Notes: generated from the sequence alone by a model not told the origin. A DNA stretch of 64,000 bases from an uncultured Pseudomonadota bacterium (GCA_963770835.1 CAVYRH010000011.1:160001-224000); one strand, 5' to 3'; counted from the stretch's first letter, positions 28,052 through 38,312 are shown. Made by a program: numbers and translations.

Positions 28052-28561
28052 TCATTGTTTTTTATCCGGGACAAACTTTAATGCCACGCCATTCATGCAG
28101 TACCTAAGGCCTGTGGGCTGGGGACCGTCCTCGAAAACGTGGCCTAAATGTCCTCCGCAACGGGGGCAATTGACCTCCGTTCGATGCATAAACCAGGAAT
28201 TGTCCACCTTCGTGGCGACATTTTCCGGGTAAATGGGTTTGTAAAAACTTGGCCAACCCGTGCCGGATTCAAACTTCGTATCCGAACTGAAGAGTTCCAG
28301 CCCACAAGCCGCACAGACATAGACACCCTTTTCATGGTTTTCCCACAGACCGCCTTGGACGAACGGTTTTTCGGTTCCATGCTTACGCAGGACTTGGTAT
28401 TGTTCTGGTGTCAATTGAGCCTTCCATTCGGCGTCGGTCTTCTCAATCTTGTCCCCCATATATCTCCCCTTTTCTTTGGATGCGACAGCTTTGTCGCCAG
28501 CTTGCAACAAACCAATGGTCGCAAAAAAAATGGTCCAGCTGAAGATCAGAAACCTTCTCAT
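28052..28561 (-). CDS. msrB: Peptide-methionine (R)-S-oxide reductase with N-terminal signal peptide
   Basis: [45 protein letters not shown]. Confidence 0.96.
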   Translation of the reverse strand: MRRFLIFSWTIFFATIGLLQAGDKAVASKEKGRYMGDKIEKTDAEWKAQLTPEQYQVLRKHGTEKPFVQGGLWENHEKGVYVCAACGLELFSSDTKFESGTGWPSFYKPIYPENVATKVDNSWFMHRTEVNCPRCGGHLGHVFEDGPQPTGLRYCMNGVALKFVPDKKQ

Positions 28562-28643
28562 TTTTACCCCTTTCCCCCCAAAAACATGAATCTGTCCTGG
28601 AATACGAAGCAGTGCGTTCGGAAAGTTACACGGGGAATTAATC

Positions 28644-29678
28644 TTAAGCTAAACCAGGTTGGAGTCTTTCCCCCGTGACCGAGTAGGGCCGGTGGGTTCC
28701 GCTTTTTCCCTTAATTCTTACAGGCTCCAGGGCCTCCATCCGAAACATGTCACCGGCGATATGGGCCAAATCCTGGTTGATAAGGATTTGACCGTCCTCG
28801 GCGATGGAACAAAGCCGGGAGGCGAAGTTGACGGTATCGCCGATCAATGTGAATTCCATTCGCCTGGCCGAGCCTAAGTTTCCGATAACCACTTCCCCAC
28901 AGGCCATCCCAACCCCAAGGCCGGTCGAAACGCTTTCGCTGTAATCCCCCCGGAAGGTGGCCTGGACTTGATGGAAACTGTCTTGCATTCTCAAGGCTCC
29001 AAGAATCGCTTTTTTTGCCGAATTTTCAGTGCTTTCAATGGAAAAAGGGAAAAAAGCCATGATGGCGTCGCCGATGTATTTGTTGATCTCGCCGCCGGAG
29101 AAGGCGATGATTTCCTCGAACTCCGTGAACATTCGGTTTAGATAGCGCACCGTTTCCTGGGGTTTTAATTTCTCCGTCATCGACGTAAAACCCCGGACGT
29201 CAGAAAAAAGGACGATGGCCCGCGTCAACTCGCCTTCCCAAACGGCTTGCCGCCCTTTTTGAGTGGCGAATTGCGAACCCTTGGTTCCTACAAACTTATC
29301 CAACACATGACGGGTTTCCGTCAGTTTTTTCTCCTGTTGCTGGAACTGCTGGGAAGCCAGGTCCATGAGTTCCTGCTTCTTTTTCTCCAAGCTTCCCAAA
29401 GTTGGATTCCGGATAACCTTGTAATCTTCCGGCAGAAGGCGGCAACGCATTAAAAAAAATTGAAGCTCCACAAAAAGTCCCTTTTGGGCCTTTCGAAAAA
29501 AATCGATCCAGGAAAGGATGAGGATGAAAAAGCCGGCCAGGCTGGCGCCAAGGCAGACCATCCAATTTCGAGTGAAATACCAGCAAATGCCAGTGATAAA
29601 ACCGCAGAGAAGAAAGCACCAAAAAAGAATCGCGGAACCTTCGAGGTGGAAAAGGGATTTATTTTCAGGGGAAGTCAT
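28644..29678 (-). CDS. Membrane-anchored class III adenylate/guanylate cyclase
   Basis: Two TMs and a coiled coil, then [43 protein letters not shown]. The Lys/Thr specificity residues suggest ATP as substrate. Confidence 0.92.
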   Translation of the reverse strand: MTSPENKSLFHLEGSAILFWCFLLCGFITGICWYFTRNWMVCLGASLAGFFILILSWIDFFRKAQKGLFVELQFFLMRCRLLPEDYKVIRNPTLGSLEKKKQELMDLASQQFQQQEKKLTETRHVLDKFVGTKGSQFATQKGRQAVWEGELTRAIVLFSDVRGFTSMTEKLKPQETVRYLNRMFTEFEEIIAFSGGEINKYIGDAIMAFFPFSIESTENSAKKAILGALRMQDSFHQVQATFRGDYSESVSTGLGVGMACGEVVIGNLGSARRMEFTLIGDTVNFASRLCSIAEDGQILINQDLAHIAGDMFRMEALEPVRIKGKSGTHRPYSVTGERLQPGLA

Positions 29679-29788
29679 TTGTCATTCTCCGGAGAATTTC
29701 TAAACAATTCCCATGATAACTGATTTTTATCTATCGGCCTCTAATCGTTATGAATCCGAAAAATTTTGTTAATCAGGTTATGGAGGCC

Positions 29789-30478
29789 TTACTTCGGATG
29801 TTGTTGAATATACCGATACAATTCTTCGGCGGATTCTTCGACCGTCAAGGCCGAGTGGTCCATCACGATGGACTCGGGAGTCTTACGAAGGCCTCCCACA
29901 GGCCGGTTAATGTCCCTTTCATCCCTGGCCTTTACATCCTCCATGACTTTTTCCAAGGTGATTGCGATCCCGGCCCTCTCTAAATCCCGCAGGCGCCGCT
30001 TAGCGCGCATTTCAACCGAAGCATCCAGGTAAAACTTGTATTGAGCGTCCGGAAAAACGTCGGTACCGATGTCACGGCCCTCCAAAACGGCGCCGCCATA
30101 AGGAGCACTGTCCTTCCGGCCCATTCGCTGCTGGCGGGCCACCAGGATTTTTCGGACCAGAACCGAATTGGCGATATAGGCCGAAGCTTGGGTCACTTCG
30201 GGAACCCGGATTTCCCGCGTTACATCTTCCCCATTTAGGAAGACCTTATTTTCCGGTTCCCCCGGCCTGAGTTCGATTTGGGATCCTTGGGCTATTTCCT
30301 CCAAAACTTCATTATTCTTCAGGTCGGCTTTTTTGCGAAGGGCGGCCAGGGTAACCGCCCGGTACATGGCCCCCGTGTCGATATGGAGGAAGCCGAGTTT
30401 GCGGGCGAGTGTTTTAGCAACGGTACTTTTTCCGGCTCCTGCCGGTCCGTCAATGGCGACAATGGTCACTTGGTTCAT
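29789..30478 (-). CDS. cmk: Cytidylate kinase
   Basis: AIDGPAGAGKST, DTGAMYRA, EGRDIGT.VFPDA, RDERD.NR. Confidence 0.97.
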   Translation of the reverse strand: MNQVTIVAIDGPAGAGKSTVAKTLARKLGFLHIDTGAMYRAVTLAALRKKADLKNNEVLEEIAQGSQIELRPGEPENKVFLNGEDVTREIRVPEVTQASAYIANSVLVRKILVARQQRMGRKDSAPYGGAVLEGRDIGTDVFPDAQYKFYLDASVEMRAKRRLRDLERAGIAITLEKVMEDVKARDERDINRPVGGLRKTPESIVMDHSALTVEESAEELYRYIQQHPK

Positions 30479-31770
30479 TAAGCCGAAACCTTTTGGAGGA
30501 GTTTTTCAAATCCAGGGAAAGAAGTGTTTATATTTTCCGTGTCCAGGATGGTCGTCGTCCCTTTGGCGATTAAAGCCGCCACGGCCAAGGCCATCGCCAC
30601 GCGATGGTCCCCCCCAGAGGAAACCCGGCAGCCCTTCAAAGGTGTGGGCCCGTGGATGACCCATCCATCCACCGTGGGCTGGATATTGGCCCCCATTTTT
30701 TTTAAGGTCATGGCCATCATTAAGATACGGTCCGATTCTTTCACCTTTAAATCCCCGGCATTTTTGACGACGGTGGTTCCATGAGCTTGAGTGGCCGCCA
30801 CGGCGAAAACGGGAAACTCGTCGATCATTCGAGGAACGATCTCACCGCCCACCTCGGCTGCCTTGAGGCGGGAGGAAATCACCGTCAAATCCCCCATCGG
30901 TTCCCCAACACTCTGCGTCTTATGGCGTAAAACATCGACCTTGGCTCCCATTTTTTGGAGGATTTCCAGAATCCCTATTCGGGTGGGGTTGAGGCCGACG
31001 TTTTTTAAAATAATCCTGGAGTCTGGAACGATTAATCCAGCCACAATGAAAAACGCAGCGGAGGATATATCCCCCGGAACCCTAATTTTTTGGCCTTTGA
31101 AAGGCAACACTGGTCCTTTTATCGAGACAACACCGCCTCGTTGCTTAAAAGGGATGGAAAAAGCGCCGAACATTCTTTCAGTGTGGTCGCGGGTTGGTAT
31201 TGGTTGCAAAACTTTTGTCTCGCCCTCCGCGAAAAGACCGGCCAAAAGGAGCGCACTTTTGACTTGGGCACTCGCCACAGGCAGTTTGTAGGTAATGCCC
31301 TTCAGCTTGCGGGTTTCAATTTTCAGGGGCAGGAGGTTTCCATTCTCGGGTCCAGTGATCCGGGCGCCCATTTGGATTAGTGGGTCCACCACACGTCGCA
31401 TTGGCCGCCGACAGAGGTACTTATCCCCCGTGAGGCGGCTGGTAAAAGGCTGGCCCGCCAAAATCCCCAAGAGAATGCGGGCGGTGGTGCCGGAATTCCC
31501 AGCGTCCAGGATTTTTCGTGATGGTTTCAAGGAATTCAGTCCTTTACCGACAATGGTGACTCGGTCTCCCGACTTTTGGATTTTAACACCCATGTTTTTG
31601 AAAATTCCGATTGTTGAAAGACAATCGGCCGAATTGAGGAAATGACTCACATGGGTTGTTCCGTAGGCCAACGATCCCAGCATTACTGCCCGGTGGGAAA
31701 TGGACTTGTCTCCCGGAACGCTGATCGTCCCTCGGAGGTGTTGGGATGTGTGAACGACGAGTTGTTTCAT
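30478..31770 (-). CDS. aroA: 3-phosphoshikimate 1-carboxyvinyltransferase
   Basis: PGDKSISHR, GNSGTT, ASAQVKS, RDHTE, PGDISSA, KESDR, DHRVAM. Confidence 0.97.
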   Translation of the reverse strand: MKQLVVHTSQHLRGTISVPGDKSISHRAVMLGSLAYGTTHVSHFLNSADCLSTIGIFKNMGVKIQKSGDRVTIVGKGLNSLKPSRKILDAGNSGTTARILLGILAGQPFTSRLTGDKYLCRRPMRRVVDPLIQMGARITGPENGNLLPLKIETRKLKGITYKLPVASAQVKSALLLAGLFAEGETKVLQPIPTRDHTERMFGAFSIPFKQRGGVVSIKGPVLPFKGQKIRVPGDISSAAFFIVAGLIVPDSRIILKNVGLNPTRIGILEILQKMGAKVDVLRHKTQSVGEPMGDLTVISSRLKAAEVGGEIVPRMIDEFPVFAVAATQAHGTTVVKNAGDLKVKESDRILMMAMTLKKMGANIQPTVDGWVIHGPTPLKGCRVSSGGDHRVAMALAVAALIAKGTTTILDTENINTSFPGFEKLLQKVSA

Positions 31771-32615
31771 GGAAGTTTTTCTCGAAAATTCCGAGCCGTT
31801 TCAAAAAAGGAGAGCCAATAACGGCCGTTTTTCTTTTTTAAGTTTTTTTCAAGGACTTCCAAATTCCGGCGGTATTGGGAAAGGAAGGACTTTATTTCCG
31901 CCGCGTTCATTTCCACTATATCCTTCCACATGGCGGGATTCCCCGCCGAAATACGGGTGAAGTCCCGAAAACCGGAGCCGACGGCCTTTTGAAAAACTAG
32001 TGACTTTCTTTGAGTACGGCCATAAAGATTCATCATCGCCGCTGCCAAAAGATGCGGAAGATGACTGGTAAGTGCTACGCCCTTATCGTGCGTCTTGGCA
32101 TCGATGATGACTGGAACGGCTCCGACCTTTTTCCAAAATTGGACGGCCCTTTGAAGCAGTGAACGGGGATTTTTCGTTAACGGCGTGATGAAAACATATT
32201 TAGCTCGGTAAAGGAGAGGATCCGCGTTGGCTGGCCCCGATTTTTCTTTGCCCGCCATGGGATGGCATGGAACAAAATGATTTGAGATTTCCGGAATATG
32301 TTGGGCCTCTTTGACCAATTCTCCTTTCACGCTCGAAACATCAAGAATCAGCGTATTTTTATGAATCAGTGGAATCAGTTGTCTCAAAACCGGGCCAATG
32401 GAACCCGAATGAGAACAAAGAACGACAATATCGGCATTCTTTACGGTTTCTACAAAACTCCGACCTACGGATAAGAGGCGGGACGCTTTTTTCCTTGAGC
32501 TGGCTCGATGGTTCCATCCCACCAAATCTTTTTCGTCGCCTTTCTTCAAAGCCAAGGCCAAGGAGCCGCCCAAAAGGCCCACCCCGATAATGGCAATTTT
32601 TTGTTTGGCAGACAT
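31767..32615 (-). CDS. tyrA: Prephenate/arogenate dehydrogenase
   Basis: GVGLLGGS, DVSSVK, HPMAGKE, HD..VA.TSHLPH, GFRDFTRI. Confidence 0.93.
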   Translation of the reverse strand: MSAKQKIAIIGVGLLGGSLALALKKGDEKDLVGWNHRASSRKKASRLLSVGRSFVETVKNADIVVLCSHSGSIGPVLRQLIPLIHKNTLILDVSSVKGELVKEAQHIPEISNHFVPCHPMAGKEKSGPANADPLLYRAKYVFITPLTKNPRSLLQRAVQFWKKVGAVPVIIDAKTHDKGVALTSHLPHLLAAAMMNLYGRTQRKSLVFQKAVGSGFRDFTRISAGNPAMWKDIVEMNAAEIKSFLSQYRRNLEVLEKNLKKKNGRYWLSFFETARNFREKLP

Positions 32616-33715
32616 CAGGGTTTCCTAACTCCCGTTGTCATTAGGACTTCCTCGAATGCCTTCAGGAAGTTCTCCGTTTCGTCCTCGGTGCCTGTGGTAA
32701 TTCGCAGGGCGTTCGGCCCCATGGGGCGAACGATGATCCCCTTTTTCAAAAGTTGCTGGTAAAAATCATTGGCGTTGGGGATTTCAAAATAAACGAAATT
32801 GGTTTGCGTGGGGACGGGATTTAACCCCAATCGGATTAGGCCGTCATAAAGTTTTTTCCGCATGGCGTTGTTCAAACTGACGACCTTTTTTACATGGGGC
32901 AAATCGGTCAAGGCCGCTTCCGCAGCCACCATGGCTAAGCCGTTCACATTAAAAGGCTCACGGATTTTATTAAAAATTTCGATCAATTCCGGATGACCGA
33001 TGCCGTACCCAACCCTTAAACCTGCCAAACCGAAGGCTTTAGAAAAGGTCCGCAAAACCACGAAATTAGGATATTGGGAAAGGAGTTTTAAGGATTCGAA
33101 ATATGACGGATCATCGACATATTCGTAATAAGCCTCATCCAAAACTACCAACACGTGGGAAGGGCAGGATTTTAAGAAGGCTTCAATATCGGAAAGAGGA
33201 ATCATGGTCCCCGTGGGGTTATTGGGATTAGCGATATAAACCACTTTGGTTTTTGGATTGAGCGCTCGCTCAAAAACTTTTAAATCATGTGTGAAATTGC
33301 GAAGAGGCTGGGGCCGGGGGATGGCCTCGCATAACAAGGCAGTGGAGGAATATACGAAAAACCCGGGATCACCGTAAAGCACCTCGTCACCGGGATTCAG
33401 AAAGATTTGACCCAAACGAACAATCAATTCGTTCGAACCATGGCCCAAAAGAAGTTGGTTTGCTTCCACACCTAAATGTCGGGTCAAGGCTTGGCTTAAA
33501 TTGAATGCGCCCCCATCGGGGTAGCGGTGTATCTTGGAGAGGGCCTTTTCCAAGGCCTGGATCACCTTAGGAGAGGGTCCCAAGGGGTTCTCATTTGAGG
33601 CTAGCTTCGAGGCGTTGTGGATACCCAGTTCCCTTTCCAAATCTTCGATCGGTTTTCCAGGAACATAGGGCTTCACGGCTGACAGGTTTTTTCGAAACAC
33701 CACAGGAAAAGTCAT
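32615..33715 (-). CDS. hisC: Histidinol-phosphate / aromatic aminotransferase
   Basis: YVPGKP, KLASNENPLG, NPNNPTG, DEAYYEY, RTFSKAFGLAGLRVGY. ATG at 33715 has a GAGG SD (the ORF track overextends to 33880). Confidence 0.95.
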   Translation of the reverse strand: MTFPVVFRKNLSAVKPYVPGKPIEDLERELGIHNASKLASNENPLGPSPKVIQALEKALSKIHRYPDGGAFNLSQALTRHLGVEANQLLLGHGSNELIVRLGQIFLNPGDEVLYGDPGFFVYSSTALLCEAIPRPQPLRNFTHDLKVFERALNPKTKVVYIANPNNPTGTMIPLSDIEAFLKSCPSHVLVVLDEAYYEYVDDPSYFESLKLLSQYPNFVVLRTFSKAFGLAGLRVGYGIGHPELIEIFNKIREPFNVNGLAMVAAEAALTDLPHVKKVVSLNNAMRKKLYDGLIRLGLNPVPTQTNFVYFEIPNANDFYQQLLKKGIIVRPMGPNALRITTGTEDETENFLKAFEEVLMTTGVRKP

Positions 33716-33747
33716 CTCATAACCTCGAATTGCGGCTGAAAGTGGTT

Positions 33748-34830
33748 TTAGTTCTCGCTGCGGGGATAGGATCCCAGTATCTTGACGGTCAGGGCGGATT
33801 TCTCGATTTCTTTGATGGCGGCCTGGGCCTTGGGATCGGTAATGTGTCCTAAGAAATCCATGAAAAAATAATAGTCCCAAGCTTTCTTGCGGGAGGGACG
33901 GGATTCAATACTGGTAAGGCTAAGGCCTTGTTTCTCAAAAGGATAAAGGAGAGCAAAGAGGGCCCCCACCTTATCTTTAATCGAAACCATCACGGATGTT
34001 TTGTCGTTTCCGGATTTTTCAGAGGTCGTCCGCCCGATAACGAGAAATCGTGTGTAATTGTCCTGCATATCCTCGATGCGTCTGGCAATGGGCCTTAAGT
34101 GATACATTTTGGCTGCCAAATCGGGCGCAATGGCTGCTGCTTTCCCATCTCCCGCAGTCTGTTGGGCCGCCCGGGCCGTGCTAGGGCTTTCGACGATTCG
34201 AACTCCCGGAAGGTTGGCCTCCAACCAAACCCGGCATTGACCCAAGGCCTGGGGATGGCTGTAAACCGTCTTGACCTTTCCCATTTCACCGCTTTTGGAC
34301 ATGAGGGTATGAGAAATGGGCATGAGGACCTCCGAACAAATCTTCAGGTCCGATTCCACAAATAAATCTAAGGTGTGGTTCACCATTCCCTCGGTAGAAT
34401 TCTCTATGGGGACAACCCCATAGTGGGCCCTGCCACGTTCAACGTCCAAGAAAACGTCCTTCAATGTGGGTCCTGGTACATAAGCGGAAGAACTGCCGAA
34501 TTTTTGAAGTGCCGCAATATGGGTATTGGTGCCGGGCAATCCGAAATAAGCGATTTTCAGCCTCGATTCCAAGGCTAGTGAAGCCGACATTATTTCGCTG
34601 AATACGGCCTTTAATGCATCGGTCGGAAAGGGGCCTTGGTTGATTTTACTAATCCGGCGGTAAACTTCCATTTCCCGGTGGGGAGCGTAAAAGTGGAGAT
34701 CGCCTTTGGCTTTCACTGTCTTTATTTTTAAGACGTTTTTGGCACGCTCGTTTAAGAGACGAACCAATTGGGCGTCGATACGGTCAATGGCGTTGCGGAA
34801 TTTTTTGAGGCTTTTTTGGCTGGTTTTCAC
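33748..34830 (-). CDS. pheA: Chorismate mutase / prephenate dehydratase (P-protein)
   Basis: R.AID.ID..L..LLNER (AroQ), PIENSTEG, SHPQALGQC, NYTRF, IESRP, LGSYP. Confidence 0.96.
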   Translation of the reverse strand: MKTSQKSLKKFRNAIDRIDAQLVRLLNERAKNVLKIKTVKAKGDLHFYAPHREMEVYRRISKINQGPFPTDALKAVFSEIMSASLALESRLKIAYFGLPGTNTHIAALQKFGSSSAYVPGPTLKDVFLDVERGRAHYGVVPIENSTEGMVNHTLDLFVESDLKICSEVLMPISHTLMSKSGEMGKVKTVYSHPQALGQCRVWLEANLPGVRIVESPSTARAAQQTAGDGKAAAIAPDLAAKMYHLRPIARRIEDMQDNYTRFLVIGRTTSEKSGNDKTSVMVSIKDKVGALFALLYPFEKQGLSLTSIESRPSRKKAWDYYFFMDFLGHITDPKAQAAIKEIEKSALTVKILGSYPRSEN

Positions 34831-34910
34831 ACTCGAAACCTTGTTAAAAATCTATAAAATGCTGGGCGGAACTGGATTATATTACATTTTTTGTTTCACA
34901 AGGAAAGTTT

Positions 34911-35786
34911 ATGAAACCACTAACTTTTTTCCCTCTTCGGAACCCATTCCTTTTGGTTCTATTGTCGTTTATAGCCTTCATTGCAAGTTTTTGTATTGCT
35001 TATCAACAAGACGCAGCTCGTGTTACAGAACTGGGAAAACTCGCTTGGGCTCATCTTTCCTACGCTGAAGAATTGAAAGATGATATGGCGGTCATCGACT
35101 GGTCCAAAAACCTTGAGAAGATGGACACCATGAGGGCCTTTCAAGCAACCGTAAACTCAAAAGGCATCGCCAAAGGTGGAAACCAGGATTATCTTCCAGC
35201 AACGGTGTCCGAAGGTGTTTCATACCTTTTTCCCTCGGATTGGAGCTTTTGCGTTATTTCCCCAAAGGGCCTACAATCTCAAGTGGAACTGACCATGATC
35301 TTCAAGACTTGGCCCGGCCCCTTCTTTTGGGGTCTTTTTACATTTTTTGCATGCTTGATCTGTGGTTGCGTTTGGGGTCTTTCGGTTTTTTCGGTTCGGG
35401 CTGGGCCTCCTAAAATGAAAACAGTCCTAATGGAGACAAGCGGTCCTCCCATTGCACCGCCTCCATCTGCCCAGCCCATGGCAAAACCAATAGGAACCGC
35501 GCTCGAAAAAAACACTTCCTATCTTTTCATCGATAGAAACTATGTCATTCGACAGGTATCTCCCGAAGCGGCGGGATTACTGAAAAAAAAAACCGAGGAT
35601 CTCTTAAACGGCCATCTTTTTGACCTGTCCCCTGATCCAGTTTTGATACAGGCTTTTGAAAAAACAGGAGAAGCCAAAATTTCAACCCCTTTTCCCGACC
35701 ATCCTGATTTGGACGCTACTTTAAAATCCGATCCGAATGGATGTCTTTTGATTTTAGAAAGCAACCTTGGGCGTAAACCCCTCTGA
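34911..35786 (+). CDS. Hypothetical two-TM membrane protein with C-terminal PAS-like domain
   Basis: TM, periplasmic segment, TM, Pro-rich linker, then LFIDRNYVIRQVSPEAAGLL......LLNG.L.DL (PAS-like). No output domain. Confidence 0.55.
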   Translation: MKPLTFFPLRNPFLLVLLSFIAFIASFCIAYQQDAARVTELGKLAWAHLSYAEELKDDMAVIDWSKNLEKMDTMRAFQATVNSKGIAKGGNQDYLPATVSEGVSYLFPSDWSFCVISPKGLQSQVELTMIFKTWPGPFFWGLFTFFACLICGCVWGLSVFSVRAGPPKMKTVLMETSGPPIAPPPSAQPMAKPIGTALEKNTSYLFIDRNYVIRQVSPEAAGLLKKKTEDLLNGHLFDLSPDPVLIQAFEKTGEAKISTPFPDHPDLDATLKSDPNGCLLILESNLGRKPL

Positions 35787-35800
35787 AAACGTTGATTTTG

Positions 35801-35829
35801 TTGACTTTTCAACGCAAAAACCATAAACT
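35801..35829 (+). promoter_or_regulatory. Putative sigma-70 promoter of the TolB-like gene pair
   Basis: TTGACT-N17-TAAACT about 110 nt upstream of the TTG at 35939. Confidence 0.55.
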
Positions 35830-35938
35830 GCCAACAATTCAGCTGTGGCGGTTAGCTTTCAGCTCAAGCCTTTCTTATCGTTAGCCAACATGTGACAACT
35901 AACGGCCGATACCTGACAATTGCCTTCCGGGGACCCGA

Positions 35939-37243
35939 TTGCGCGAAACCTTAAAAAGCCTTTCCATCTTCTCCGCGATGTTGTTACTTTTGCTCCTTGT
36001 TTCATCGGGATGCGACGTTAACATCCCGGGGTGCGGCAAACGCACCCTTCCCTTTTTCAAACCCGCCAACCCTCCTGTGGTCTCCTCCGGCCCTGTTTCT
36101 ACCACCATTTCACCCGGTACCGCCCTTACCCCGTCTCCGGCCGCTACACCCAAGAATCCAATTCCAGGCGCTGCCCAACCCGCAGTGAAAAAGCCCGGCT
36201 CGATGGAAGTGCCCGTTGAAATGAGCGTGAGTAAAGCTAACCCAACCGCAACAGGAACGCCTACAGCTACCCCAACTCCCCAGGAAGTCGAAAAAATCGC
36301 TTATACCACGGCGGAACATGAGAAGCCCACCCTTTGGACAATGAGTACGGACGGAACCAATCGGACTCGGTTGACACCCGTCGGTACCAGCAGTTGGTTC
36401 CCTCTTTGGTCGCCTAATGGAAAACTACTGGCCTTCCTTTCAGACATGAAGGATGGGAAGATGAACCTGTTCATGATTGAAAAAGACGGGACGGGCCTTA
36501 AACAATTGACCTCTTTCGACGACGTGGCTCTTCCCAAACCGTCCCATCTCAAACCGCCTTTTTCCTGGTCTCCCAAGAGCGACGAAATCGCTTTTTGTTA
36601 CCATAACCAGGTTTGGAAAGTGAATGTTGAAACCCAGGAGCTTCAAACCTTGTCTACCGAGGATCCCAATTACACGGTTTCCGCGTTAGAATGGGCCCCC
36701 CACTTTGACAACAAGTACGTGGCGTTCATTGTAAATCAAGGCGAAAACTACACAACCCTCATGTTGGTCAACCCTCGTTTAAAGGACACATTAAAATTAG
36801 CCGCAACGCAAAACCCCATTTTGGATATTTCGTGGACCTCCGATGCCCGGGACGTTGCCTATTTGATCGGTCAAAAGTCATTATTTTCCGCCTCCTCTCA
36901 AACTTCATTGCCTAAAATGATTCTTAAAAACCCTTCTCCAGAATTAGGCCCCCTCGTGGTCTATTCCCCTTCCGATACTAATTTGATGCTCTTAGCCAAA
37001 GAGTTCGCCACGGACCAGGATTACCGAGTTGCGTTGCTCGATAAGGGTTCGAAGGGTGATCCAGATACGGGCAGTTTGAAATACTTGACGGAACCGGGGG
37101 TTGATGACGCAATTTGGTCGCCAGACGGCTCCAAAATCGCTTATCTTCAATCAGGCGACTTATGGGTCATGGATATTACGGGTTCCAATAAACGTCGGAT
37201 CGCCCTGATTGGCGTTCAATCACCTAGCTGGTCCAAAAAGTGA
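35939..37243 (+). CDS. TolB-like beta-propeller (PD40 repeat) lipoprotein
   Basis: Lipobox-like VSSGC, Pro/Thr-rich linker, repeats PLWSPNGK, WSPKSD, WTSDAR, WSPDGSKIAY. Confidence 0.85.
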   Translation: MRETLKSLSIFSAMLLLLLLVSSGCDVNIPGCGKRTLPFFKPANPPVVSSGPVSTTISPGTALTPSPAATPKNPIPGAAQPAVKKPGSMEVPVEMSVSKANPTATGTPTATPTPQEVEKIAYTTAEHEKPTLWTMSTDGTNRTRLTPVGTSSWFPLWSPNGKLLAFLSDMKDGKMNLFMIEKDGTGLKQLTSFDDVALPKPSHLKPPFSWSPKSDEIAFCYHNQVWKVNVETQELQTLSTEDPNYTVSALEWAPHFDNKYVAFIVNQGENYTTLMLVNPRLKDTLKLAATQNPILDISWTSDARDVAYLIGQKSLFSASSQTSLPKMILKNPSPELGPLVVYSPSDTNLMLLAKEFATDQDYRVALLDKGSKGDPDTGSLKYLTEPGVDDAIWSPDGSKIAYLQSGDLWVMDITGSNKRRIALIGVQSPSWSKK

Positions 37244-37250
37244 GCCGGAT

Positions 37251-38312
37251 ATGAACCAAACTTTCCAATTTATTCGGTGGGCCGCTTGTGTGGTTGTTTT
37301 GTTGGTTTCGGTCTCCCTTGTATCCATGGGCTGTAAGCCACAAAAACACGAACTTCCTCCACCCCCACCCACCCCAACGCCGATTATCCCGCCGGGCAGC
37401 GTTGTTTTCGTCCAAAGAGGGCATTTAGTCCGGTTGGATTTGGATTCCTCCCAGACCACTCCTTTGACCAGCGGAAAAAGCACCGAATGGTTCCCCAATT
37501 GTTCCCCCAAAGGCGACCAAGTGGCCTATTGGTCAAACGCCGAAGAAGGGATTTACAATCTTTGGAAAGTTAACCTGGACGGTTCTAACCGTGTCCAATT
37601 GACCTTTGATGAGGCCAATGCGATAGGATCAGGCGATCAAAACCTTCTCATAAACAATTCGCCGGCTTGGAGCTCGGACGGCAAAAAAATCATCTACAGT
37701 GAAGAGGGTGATATTTGGGCCACGGACGCCGACGGCTTCAATCCCGAAACCCTTCTCTCCGGACAAAAAGCCTTGTGTCCGTCCTATTCCCCCGACGGAA
37801 AATCCATTCTTTATATTTCCATGGGGACTGATTCCGTTTTTAATCTTTGGACCATGAGCTTGTCGGATCGGACACCGAAAAAACTGACCAATTATTCCGA
37901 TTGGAATGTCGGCTCGCCTTCTTTTTCAGTCGATGGAAGAAAGATAATCTTTAATCTTTTCAAGGAAAACGAAACCCAGATTTATACAGTTGCGGCCGAT
38001 GGAACCAATCCACTGGATATTACGCACAACAACCGCAGCCTCTGCCCGCGATTCGCCCAAAACGACCGGAAAATCTTGTTCTGCTCTTACGGCACGGGCG
38101 AGGATGTCGGCCTGACCCTTTATGTCGCCAACGCCAACAGCACCGATGCCAAAGCCTTGCCGCCTGATAATGCCGCGTCCCCCTCCTGGGCGCCCGCCCC
38201 AGTGGTGGCCGTTACCGCCTCTACTCCGGCTGCGACCCAACCTTCTTCCCAAGTCGCGGTTCCCACCCGTCCGGTCTCACAGGTGGGCCTTCCCACCCCA
38301 GTCGGAAAATAG
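37251..38312 (+). CDS. TolB-like beta-propeller (PD40 repeat) lipoprotein
   Basis: Lipobox-like VSMGC, poly-Pro, repeats SPKGD, PAWSSDGK, PSYSPDGK, PSFSVDGR, PSW. ATG at 37251. Confidence 0.85.
   Translation: MNQTFQFIRWAACVVVLLVSVSLVSMGCKPQKHELPPPPPTPTPIIPPGSVVFVQRGHLVRLDLDSSQTTPLTSGKSTEWFPNCSPKGDQVAYWSNAEEGIYNLWKVNLDGSNRVQLTFDEANAIGSGDQNLLINNSPAWSSDGKKIIYSEEGDIWATDADGFNPETLLSGQKALCPSYSPDGKSILYISMGTDSVFNLWTMSLSDRTPKKLTNYSDWNVGSPSFSVDGRKIIFNLFKENETQIYTVAADGTNPLDITHNNRSLCPRFAQNDRKILFCSYGTGEDVGLTLYVANANSTDAKALPPDNAASPSWAPAPVVAVTASTPAATQPSSQVAVPTRPVSQVGLPTPVGK

Noticed and set aside
33716..33880. 55-aa N-terminal extension of HisC in the ORF track
   Set aside because: It overlaps pheA; ATG 33715 has an SD and matches the normal HisC start.
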